52,586 bases of DNA from an uncultured Bifidobacteriaceae bacterium (GTDB lineage: Bacteria; Bacteroidota; Bacteroidia; Cytophagales; UBA9547): assembly GCA_964565665.1 (NCBI GenBank), contig CAZMFZ010000003.1, positions 7,101 through 59,686 of the forward strand. The letters are read 5' to 3'. Below, piece after piece: positions 48,601 to 52,586 of this stretch. A program made the translations under genes and the position numbers. Each line of letters starts with the position of its first letter. The first letter of the stretch is position 1. Below the pieces are notes generated by a model. That model was not told the origin of the DNA and did not search any database. It saw only the letters and a list, made by a program, of their open reading frames with translations.

Positions 48601-49625
48601 GTTATAATTATGCCGAAAATATAGAACGATTCAAACCAACATCTGATAAAGACTCTTTGAGAGTTAGAACTTTGAGGGGATTAGCTTTAAATAGAGATTC
48701 GGCAAAATATTTGGTACAAGTTATTGACCCTGCTTTTGGCTTAAATTGCAACGCATACGATACGGCAAGAGTAAAAACGCATCCAGTGCCTGACATGACA
48801 TTGAAAGATGTGTATGCTTGTGAGGGTGATGTGGTAAAACTAGATGCTACACCGAGCAACATTCAAAATCCTAAGTATTTCAGGTATCCGCCTTCTCCGA
48901 AAATAGATACAGTAAGAGCGGGATATAGCTGGACTACCATACCGCAATTGGGATTATTAGAATCTACACAGGTATTTAATCCTAAAATATGGCTCACAAC
49001 AGTGAATGGCAATGGGCTATATATTGGCAAATTCATAATAGGGGAGTGTGCAAAACTCGATTCTTCGCTGGTAACATTCAATGCCAAGCCCATTGTGACC
49101 AATGAGCCCGAAGTTCCGTATTGTGTAGATGAGAAAAAGGGAATATTGCTCGATGCTGGTGTCGCGGCTGATACTAACAATACTACTTTGCGTTATTTGT
49201 GGTTGGCTTCTGGAAATACAGGAAAAACGGAATTGGTGTACGATACGGCCAAATACTATGTGAGAATATCGAATGTGAAAGGCTGTGCCTATATTGATAG
49301 TATTACCGTACGTCCATCTTGCGACCCTCAAGTATTTATTCCCGAAGGTTTTATTCCTGATGGGGAAGTAAACAGAGATAAATTCTTTACTGTATTCGGG
49401 AAATATTTTGACGACATTGAATTTACGGTGTTCAATCGCTGGGGTGAGATTGTGTATGTAAGCAAAGACAAAGATTTTATGCTAAATAACGGCTGGGATG
49501 GCAAGTTTGGCACTAGCAAATTGCCATTTGGTGTATACCCTTACATATTTAAATACCGAGGGTTATATAAAGAACAGCGAGATAGGCAGTATGAGAAACG
49601 AGGATCGATTACCATCATTAGATAA
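33630..49625 (+). CDS. Giant T9SS-secreted surface protein (5331 aa): N-terminal head, PKD-like domains, long degenerate Ig-like repeat stalk, type B CTD
   Basis: Signal peptide then ATHIIGGTMEY; DYDGDRLEY; WDFG..Y..PG.Y.VKL PKD-like; recurring AG.D..IC..W...G.G.F..Y.PS..D..G.V.L.L..C units; C-terminal VFIPEGF..VFNRWGE..GWDG..GVYPY..RGSITIIR. Confidence 0.9.
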   Translation: MRINKLLLFLFITFSFVSKDIFATHIIGGTMEYIRLGPGSMPNSSRYKIKLILYRDKGGVQLSNQAMIYVRGDARYPFNSLVESNPTTAAQLTARFGNGNAFARDFAILPGSPVDTLTVRPQALTEVNDVTSTTSNHYFTGWSGEYALQGNLSLRFPNTSIAGVSTIPGYEYSAYNNIYPAKQFMADRSTPDGITGFGWVRQYDVTDNSSLVDTCTEVISNTFEVKEYTRVVDLPNIPGGYHVFSEISARNGAVLNVRSPGAVGFTVYTRIPDIALLDTDADSFTKLYNAYSAAGMVTTLGTGSAFSFAGSLAGVGQMGGYLNDRIRTSSITGVIKDMQASSPRFISRPPSFVCGTDPVLFKTLGKNPNNSANLFQAFDYDGDRLEYEVVSASAVKIDAGTGSGRDYPFTGTWKMPNATVDGASFIGTDRLYPTMPYTNLVYPYSVNIATFKPVQYQTFAGASFVSAEFPMGLVDSVPGIVIDKNTGKTTLTPLFDVSSGDKRVVTSIRVREFRNVTVPGSALSPSVPGAGFFVREALMGQINIDYQFLVKKCPLPSLAFMAPTIGCFKPNSSNIQFTYVPNSTPDPINNLYWDFGRDRYTVTGIKNPTDPLLSTEVVRRVAPNGSIVNTAANGGVSDPTFFGIGKTPTYSFPGVGSYFVKLVVQLNSDNRTRNSCSDSAFSLVNVSVLRSGYTVTGGPICINIPIDFNPFATGSATGFTTTSGSSLYTNINTNPIPLIVKRRRDSAGIVLYTYLGAGFWMQPNGTRDTIAPDASIIAPSKILNVKYGFGNGATQTFTRTLSTNAWVASTSVIGVNFTITGPFPQIIPNTRVTVTGLAGPLNNSIPGIRYAYPDSITNAISYLIVKNQFGCSDSVSRNVTVVKNYPTARIITPNVCENVTTLTVQGFTTTANKGIWSGLGTFLPIPSDNFSSGNIVTATGVTTILGGTAGFVINSIYQPTMAELSVVGLNPFNTFTTVVLSTTGIPECPTAISTVAGIQVFQKPFVDAGPATVLLCKNNLQYKLNATITGARTPALGDKYTGVWSVLSGMGVFSSTGTNSSTVLDDGFSFPSSVTSVVLQLSAINIGSCLPVSDVITLAGGNQPLPLVNAANNFTVNGIRNALNICANNATFTITGTVTYAGLGGQWTSLSASPGTGTNILPLTTIPGVEAFKVSYIYTPSAQEIANGFADLQLSTDIINSPTNCLNATRAVRIIIGAQPVILFDTKSPVGNSSNVLACSNNPIFTISGTVLGAGGFTLNVGNGGILSQLSTLAGTTTISGYNNYFSGNYSYTPTAAETSIAGFSSFLASFQSTNNGNCFGVSTSIGLNLNPPPSATITTTGIVLDSIKLCNNNAFANLSTKTSLFTPVSGLRWFTSGNGGFSNASASATTTYTSSQNDTLNGNVRIVLEAGRSGCFPTYDTLYIKYFNSPIIAPGSDLSICENFLVGTLSGAVSLPASGGIWSSSGAGVFGSTSSSTTTKLNDTYIPNATDVSNSSIILTLSSTGANIGTTQGKCLSRAASIIANFTPVPAINFGAVLTVNENNSTSDFTATIIGINVTPTTTAIWGTDNNNVAAYDPSRTNFIYNSGIPNLVGSVKYTPTVFEINSRSVIMGVTVSGASNCAPIVNSTTLLIAPAPTVSIFGINSVCANNNTINLTSTVTGAKSGIWSGGQNAITAPYPGFSATYVPNSAENIAGSVKLYFTSAEEFFNANSVRDSITININPPPTAKITAANVSVCGNATDVPFTATTTGATGMVWTTSGSGQFFIGASPISGSVPGSNITVIYKPSALDRSSATPIKIEVSSAGNGGCNPAIDIANLYFTTSPVANAGPDNTWCLNDPSPIALNASGGAGSWSSSRPGGSFGNATQQSTSYAPTSVSGLITFTWTTNATTGCPSVSDNAVVTVLSGPIIAITEPYKTVCGNSSSLALNATITGGTGAKWRTGASGGSFSSSGTQNGADLVGTTVATGNAVADTYIFSAADKAAGFVNLTISGLGTNPCTTVQEVKRITITPILTASTDPDLELCATISVISITGKVLANGVIDATRNGTWTVVGTGMGTFANPNTRITTFTPSANAKNNFPQKVTLIFSPTIDGSCFVTRPTVTVNYSFKSAPLLTITSSPIQVCSDVDLIQLTATFSGTSSIVWSTTGSNTALNWVASKNSLLSPATVNYIPSAADLANPTLSFVVITNGSGVCSDVSSPVFVATITSKPTVVLAGPSSVCDNVSQVSLSGTNMTLLGVSPAISWYKYTGGVPTSAGFNLPSTITTNNVGTLTTYSPTAIEKSNGFVTLFLDVFGPTTCKTQSFSKIVNFNAAPTVFVGAASSNVCSNIQAITLTGTSSPNASIAGWSSTAVGLGFGTFSVPNSYTVIFTPNAAGRTLSGIDFVFTTSLAGCSDVSANKTITLTPASVVSIPSTFAFCGDKSVVTLTGAFSSTNVANMSSSFGGTFGASYQPIVYAPPIANIDNAAKNATAITLTITSANNGSNCSAASAVSSIFFTPRPTITGGAGLTLCASDTYITLSSATGVSGSAAILGYKWSTSSINTAVGLGGIFTFSGLSTSTGLSQVYRPGSVEKTGFAILRISSVTVSGGCDNVFADKQITYDKAPTFASLPNQTKCANNSILDINVNPNDFSSIKWSSNTSKLPSGGAFLSEVATATTYFPGTLDLNTKTVTISGTVLGIGQCINNPAVQSFVLSITSAPIITVISPLNICSEVSTVQLSAIANISTTGLSWQNTTSSISGVYSVNRFVGRPIYAVTATDVSNGTIQFEVTGNYGNCGPVSEAVQLNIAPKPTINAGSDRVLCADVTQSSIKLTFAGQNFTKGQWVRLGGAGGGNFGNPIIDQAAIAPSSNGDQDFVYYYPNSQDSVQKIINLKVNTVDQNGLCGVASDIVNITLVSPPVITPGVGTNYCETLQVITLTGSVVGPETYTYQWQGLFGNQNGTFLGSNGSNGIGKTYAGSANDFYNTGDLDEDKYVFNFNVTGTGICKFESIGAYKMTFNIQPITQTSIVEGDFNVCADADEITITGLAQYANLIPQGLIPTFIGKNFNGIASGAAQYQPSKSPPHIYDGNLGGFKTQLRYRIFQNDITAGGVNFVLNVNNLTNSTTCPPTSAISNVTLLSAPIVSVTGPPSACSNNVVITVSGFSSTGAGTWSSTTAVANRGKFLSVFTIAGSPNIIAGVYSISGDEFDNKFVSLLFKSESNGLCKQVSGAIVIPLKEKPIVDAGVDGTVCNLNVLSLTGTITNPLTASGVAYGWRIVSMNSVLGAALATITGSGFPSSNIIFNSVTGVDLQLVSTVFNPNGALGDNKVTFELSATDATCNVVAKQISYTVTGATSLNAGSLVSTICGSDPLKMNPSSSSEKGVWSTSGAGYFASGGFGAKTSQIMNDLYIPGPGENGTILFILSTIPGSTNTCLVKTPSTVTAFLSNGIDVNSGSSQFINICYNYNPIMAGTILGTSKAHWRSTGTGTFASCTTLPCTSVNETGIRSSNSQVVSTITGTITGTGYVFEDVYIPSDNDKVAGNKVIVYLTSDDDAVTQCKFFKRDSLSIYFTKPPEATGGRDITVCATDAIANGIPISGIVTMPSPNSNKSGQLPNNAARWKIMTISPGSPLSSIPGVFNSSVLIGNAVNTATGIGEFTVTSIIGDGFIGVEFDVSDRYFPSILDTISSGKPGYRPLYLALEADNMTIAGINTVTSTPILCNAVIDTVKINFLTPAYAQVTNFTSTGICSDQQEIAINGIYSRASGLLWTTTGGGIITSNRFDNSQITYTLSQNELDIDQVKVIKFSPIPIPDPNDAVVCVSPITNVVTVTVNPRPLVSVTGLDQIVCADNQSVALLGFNIRTVSGTLPLAYKWIIGGSGTVLGPDFASGSITETNNFTRTLNYRVSNDDIAAGSVGFLFSTSGPNTCKPQVINNISLNINPAPVINPQLSIERCRDNELIPISLLSIQNVSTVQWVVSRRAIGSSTFTVLGIGSNPGTLAGGSLAQSVNGTLVGDNFNGSAIDYFTSATDRASAAELVFSVTSLINNPNTSNPVCNQVVKQVSVVLTDTPVVTITSALAGGGICSNETSITLNGSISGAGNLSGIWLTDRFGRFFPSEVVTPTDLAANAYQYFLDDQDRNFTTLGITLSVTGVGTCVRSYGSTSVITVTAAPELNAGGNDSVCADLKSITLLNSAQKNADAIFQWITFGTGSFTGISTTSPGEYFYIPSSVDSANGAVTIALIVPNKVTCNPDTSFKTIRFSVPPKVEAINSVLSSQSWCADNTVLFEAFIDSRASKWRWSSIKSIVGFNQFFASSVPGFGVRGVFNNDNNDTSSTTLKGYYKPSNEDTLGTNRNELNQLVTLRLTANGVGVCALRTFTSDLNVTFTPQPKIYLNPIPNICKNDNQPITLTAYFLNTVAGRINWQSDPTTSTKFSNEYSYHPPTTVNSIYFYDDADKNRGVVKINILPDFMGSCKGSYRQGDWTSRDAKFIDGPIFSPSNPTPFCADVTTITLDRIRVNTVVGSAQWTTKVGTGIFTSSNTIPGLSTIVGLIGGAGSERRTVLEGYVPSAADKAQKQVNLFVYSTSQTENCPPDSAKITLKFDDIPIVTVAVDGSSVCAGQIITLTSTLKNHNRGIWETISNSAGVGTGSITPASSTVGTVFYTMSPQDANQSAGSLSQLSFKFTSIAENGNKCTPKGDTATINIYKKPTANAGFPSVCTISGIKLAAIVAFSTQSVWTTTGKGIFSPSKFDANATYVPDAADIALGNVKLSLTAKGLGPCDETTSSIQLNLKANPLPLANAGQDQIVCGGDLFRLNVVNLSTANSYQWLVPSVTGFNTTVLSPLADRNITAVTVRVDNLAKYVLQVTDNSLGCINTDTINLQSLFLDSLAMKPRVCFEDQLILSVGASFTKREGKFQWYRNGQFLSNESTPTRIRAIVTGDYTLEYTENGTLCSVRDTTNVRPLPFLNTIGKVVCKDAPFSLTPGVLSVVGADINFYNYTWDLSYNYAENIERFKPTSDKDSLRVRTLRGLALNRDSAKYLVQVIDPAFGLNCNAYDTARVKTHPVPDMTLKDVYACEGDVVKLDATPSNIQNPKYFRYPPSPKIDTVRAGYSWTTIPQLGLLESTQVFNPKIWLTTVNGNGLYIGKFIIGECAKLDSSLVTFNAKPIVTNEPEVPYCVDEKKGILLDAGVAADTNNTTLRYLWLASGNTGKTELVYDTAKYYVRISNVKGCAYIDSITVRPSCDPQVFIPEGFIPDGEVNRDKFFTVFGKYFDDIEFTVFNRWGEIVYVSKDKDFMLNNGWDGKFGTSKLPFGVYPYIFKYRGLYKEQRDRQYEKRGSITIIR

Positions 49626-49656
49626 ATAAAAAAGGGCGTAAGCCCTTTTTTATTTA
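49623..49656. terminator. Bidirectional intrinsic terminator
   Basis: Perfect 15-bp inverted repeat TAAATAAAAAAGGGC-GTAA-GCCCTTTTTTATTTA between convergent genes. Confidence 0.9.
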
Positions 49657-49825
49657 AAATCCAGTAATTAAAGGCAAATTAAATTGCTATTTTAAGTATA
49701 AACCAAATCGAATTAAAAATTAGGATTTAAGTTAAGACGAACACGAAGTCTAGTTTAGAAAAGATGAGAAGTTTCAACAAGAGGTTGGATTATACCATTG
49801 AAGAATTGCATTTGCCCGCTTAATT

Positions 49826-52153
49826 TTATTTCAATTTGTATCTGAAGCCTCCATAAAACATTCTGCCTATTACCGGCCCCCAAATAAGTGAAGTATCAAA
49901 ATAAGGATTGAACGGAGCTTCAGATGCGATTATCAAATCTTGTTGGCGAAAATCAAGTATATTTTCCACACCAATATACACATCCCACCAATGTTTTTTG
50001 GGGTTGCCAAAGCTTTTGGAAACTTGGGAATTCATTATGAAATAATCGGGCGAAGTGGTGTTTTTTCGGTAATTGGCTGGGTTGGTGGCGGTGTTTGGAA
50101 TCCGTTTCGAGCCATTCCAATTGAAGGTGTAATCAATTTTCCATTTGCTTTTTGTTTCATAAGCAAGATTGATAAAAGCTCTGTCTTTAGCAATCAATGG
50201 GCGTTGCAGCAACACATCTGAATAGGTGGTGTTCACATCATAAAAACGATAGGCCACTCGTATATCAAATCGTTTGAACAATTCATAATTGAGTTCTGCC
50301 TGTGCACTATTAGAATACGATCTGCCTGAAAGATTGTAAAAGTTGATTTGTTGCGGGTTTTTATCGTAATCTACTACCACTTGGTTTTGAAAATCGGTAC
50401 GGTAAAAATCTACAGTGATATTTCCTTTGCGGTAGTCTAATTTGAAATCTTGTGAAAAGCTCAGGCCATAGTTCCAGGCAATTTCAGCTCCGCCCCTTGT
50501 AGAATTGGCTCCATAGCCAGCTATGTTATTAATACCCAATTGCCTTGAACTCGCAAAAACTGAGGTGTTTTCGGCCAAAATATCGGCTGTTCGTTGCCCG
50601 CGACCGGCTGAAAGTCTGATTTGTGTATTTTCCGTAATATCGTATTTGACGTGTACGCGTGGGGTGAGAAAAAATCCGAATAGGTTGTGGTAATCGCCTC
50701 TCAGGCCTGCTATGGCTGTGAATTTTGGCATAGGTGTCCAAGTATATTCTACAAAAGCACCTACTGCCGATTCGGTTCGTTTGAAATTTACATCCAAAGG
50801 AAAAAACAATTGAGTTTTGATATTTTCATTATACCGATCTAATAAATAGCTTGCACCTACTCGGTATTTATGATTCGTGTTCCCAATAATAGATTGATAA
50901 ATAAAGTTGGTGTAAATGGTTTGCTGCTTGGCTTTATAAGTAGTGAGGCCATAATAATTGTCGTTGGTATGGTCGAGTACTGAAGATAGAAATCCTACAC
51001 TTTTGTATTTCTTTTGCGGAAATACATAGCCAATTTTGGCAAATCCTTCTATTCTTTCGGTGTTTAATCCCAAGCCATAGCGATTGGTAGTGCCTTTGTC
51101 TGTAATTTCATTAAAGTTGGTTTGCCCACCTATTCTGCTGTCTTTCAATGCTTTAATGCCTAATTGCATCATCCAACCATTGCTATCATATTTCCATCTG
51201 CTGATGCCATTGAATTGTGTACCCAATGGAATATCGATAAATCCATCGCCATTTTGGTCTATTTTGCCTTGTTGTGTATTGGTATGAAGCAGCGTGGTAG
51301 TTGCCCATTTTGGAGAGATTTTTTGGGTGTAATTCAGGTTTGCTTCATATCTGCCAAAGTCATTTACGTAGGCATTGGCATAAATTCTTTCTCCGATTTT
51401 CGGAGTAATATCAGGTTTTTTTAATTCTACATTTATTTGACCAGCCATCGATTCATAGCCATTGGCCACCGAGCCTACGCCTTTGGTAACTTGAATAGCC
51501 TCTACCCAAGGGCCAGGAATGAAGCCAAGTCCAAAATTTGCTGCCAGTCCTCTTGTCCCCGGCAAATTTTCGTTGGTAAGTTGGGTATAAATGCCCGATA
51601 ACCCCAACATCTGTATTTGCTTGGCTCCAGAAACTGCATCTGCAAAACTGACATCTACCGAAGGGTTGGTTTCAAAACTTTCCGATAGATTACAACAAGC
51701 CGCTTTGAAAAGCTCTTTTTCACTCATAGTCTTGGTATTGAGTGGCTCTAAAGCATTTACGAATGAAGAATTGATGCGTTCGTTTACTTCTATTTCCTTC
51801 AATTCTTTGGTATCTGATTGGGCCAATATCACTCGCACTAAGTTGGTGTTTTTTACATCTAAAGTATCGCTTTTATAGCCTATGTAACTGATAATGAGGC
51901 GTAAATTCCCTGAGCCTTGCCCTTTTTCATTAGAGTTAAGGGGTGGGGTAATCATGAACACTCCATTGGTATCGGTAACGGTGCCTTCATGTGAACCAAG
52001 CCAAATTACTGGAGCGCCCACAATAGGCGAGTAACGCCCTTTGGAAGATTCTTCCAGCACCACGCCACGCACATATTTTGTTTGGGCAATTACCGAATTA
52101 CAGACATTTAAAAGAAGAAATGATAGTAAAACTACAATTTTCATTTGCAACAT
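49826..52153 (-). CDS. TonB-dependent receptor with Cys-Cys plug motif (probable heavy-metal/copper class)
   Basis: N-terminal carboxypeptidase-regulatory-like domain (GTVTDTNGVF, ISYIGYKSDT); plug KAACCNLSESFETNPSVD, IQVTKG.GSVANG; C-terminal GRMFYGGFRYKLK. Confidence 0.9.
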   Translation of the reverse strand: MLQMKIVVLLSFLLLNVCNSVIAQTKYVRGVVLEESSKGRYSPIVGAPVIWLGSHEGTVTDTNGVFMITPPLNSNEKGQGSGNLRLIISYIGYKSDTLDVKNTNLVRVILAQSDTKELKEIEVNERINSSFVNALEPLNTKTMSEKELFKAACCNLSESFETNPSVDVSFADAVSGAKQIQMLGLSGIYTQLTNENLPGTRGLAANFGLGFIPGPWVEAIQVTKGVGSVANGYESMAGQINVELKKPDITPKIGERIYANAYVNDFGRYEANLNYTQKISPKWATTTLLHTNTQQGKIDQNGDGFIDIPLGTQFNGISRWKYDSNGWMMQLGIKALKDSRIGGQTNFNEITDKGTTNRYGLGLNTERIEGFAKIGYVFPQKKYKSVGFLSSVLDHTNDNYYGLTTYKAKQQTIYTNFIYQSIIGNTNHKYRVGASYLLDRYNENIKTQLFFPLDVNFKRTESAVGAFVEYTWTPMPKFTAIAGLRGDYHNLFGFFLTPRVHVKYDITENTQIRLSAGRGQRTADILAENTSVFASSRQLGINNIAGYGANSTRGGAEIAWNYGLSFSQDFKLDYRKGNITVDFYRTDFQNQVVVDYDKNPQQINFYNLSGRSYSNSAQAELNYELFKRFDIRVAYRFYDVNTTYSDVLLQRPLIAKDRAFINLAYETKSKWKIDYTFNWNGSKRIPNTATNPANYRKNTTSPDYFIMNSQVSKSFGNPKKHWWDVYIGVENILDFRQQDLIIASEAPFNPYFDTSLIWGPVIGRMFYGGFRYKLK

Positions 52154-52168
52154 GGTTTTTGATAGGTG

Positions 52169-52206
52169 AATAGGGTTTTGCCAATTCGTAGCAGCAAACC
52201 CCTATT
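52169..52206. repeat. Intergenic hairpin between DUF4396 and the TonB receptor
   Basis: AATAGGGTTTTGC / GCAAACCCCTATT, 13-bp stem with one mismatch. Confidence 0.6.
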
Positions 52207-52221
52207 TTTAGTAAAAGGTGT

Positions 52222-52586
52222 TTAATGACATGCTTTGCCATGTTTTTTGAGTTTATAATAGTTGTAAGGCAATGGAACTATAAAACCAACTATCAATGAA
52301 ATACATAACGCAATCCAATAGAAAGGCTCTGAAATGCCAATCTGCCCCCCTGTAAGTATAAAATCTGTGGTGTTTTCTGCCAACTCCATTGCCAACATGG
52401 AAAGCAACGACATACCAAAGGCAGTTTTCAAGGCCAAAAACAAATTAAATTTTTCATTTATTTTCAACAAGATAGTTTCTAAAATAACTGAGGTAACAAG
52501 CCCCGTTGCCATTGCCAAGCCCATCATCAAATACATATTAATGTGGTGGTAATAACTTTGTAAGAAAATAATCATCGCAAAATCGC
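52222..52586 (-). CDS. DUF4396-like membrane protein, 5' truncated by the window edge
   Basis: Frame open to the edge (..DFAMIIFLQ); Met-rich AFGMSLLSMLAMELAEN, PLPYNYY, terminal GKACH. Confidence 0.78.
   Translation of the reverse strand, partial: DFAMIIFLQSYYHHINMYLMMGLAMATGLVTSVILETILLKINEKFNLFLALKTAFGMSLLSMLAMELAENTTDFILTGGQIGISEPFYWIALCISLIVGFIVPLPYNYYKLKKHGKACH

Noticed and set aside
3339-49519. Dozens of 60-220 aa antisense and alternate-frame ORFs inside the two giant genes and the housekeeping genes
   Set aside because: Shadow ORFs; they mirror the Thr/Val/Ser/Gly codon bias of the sense gene and carry no recognisable motifs

Overview
AT-rich bacterial chromosome segment, most likely Bacteroidota of the Cytophagales type. 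Evidence: type IX secretion (T9SS) genes, the rpmB-rpmG-DUF4295-ftsY cluster and TAnnTTTG promoter boxes. About half of the window is two giant T9SS cargo proteins with type B (CHU_C/gliding-motility) C-terminal domains (3223 aa and 5331 aa). These come with three PorP/SprF-family barrels and two PorE-like PD40/OmpA proteins. The rest is housekeeping genes (bioB, folE, argG, adk, ftsY, rpmB, rpmG, MFS transporter) and metal-handling genes at both ends (HMA lipoprotein, Cys-Cys TonB receptor, DUF4396). Most unusual observations: (1) a 7TM-DISM membrane receptor whose output domain looks like the Zn-ribbon/HTH half of an IS1595 transposase with no DDE core; (2) a dihydroorotase whose CO2-carbamylated Lys appears replaced by an SDDG motif, paired with a DUF6671 Zn-finger protein; (3) two candidate slipped-strand switches (a G9 tract and (GCATTAC)3) in one adhesin-PorP pair; (4) a ~650-aa nine-repeat stalk almost free of charged residues. 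No rRNA, tRNA, CRISPR array or intact mobile element was seen. All family calls are by-eye motif recognition, not database searches.
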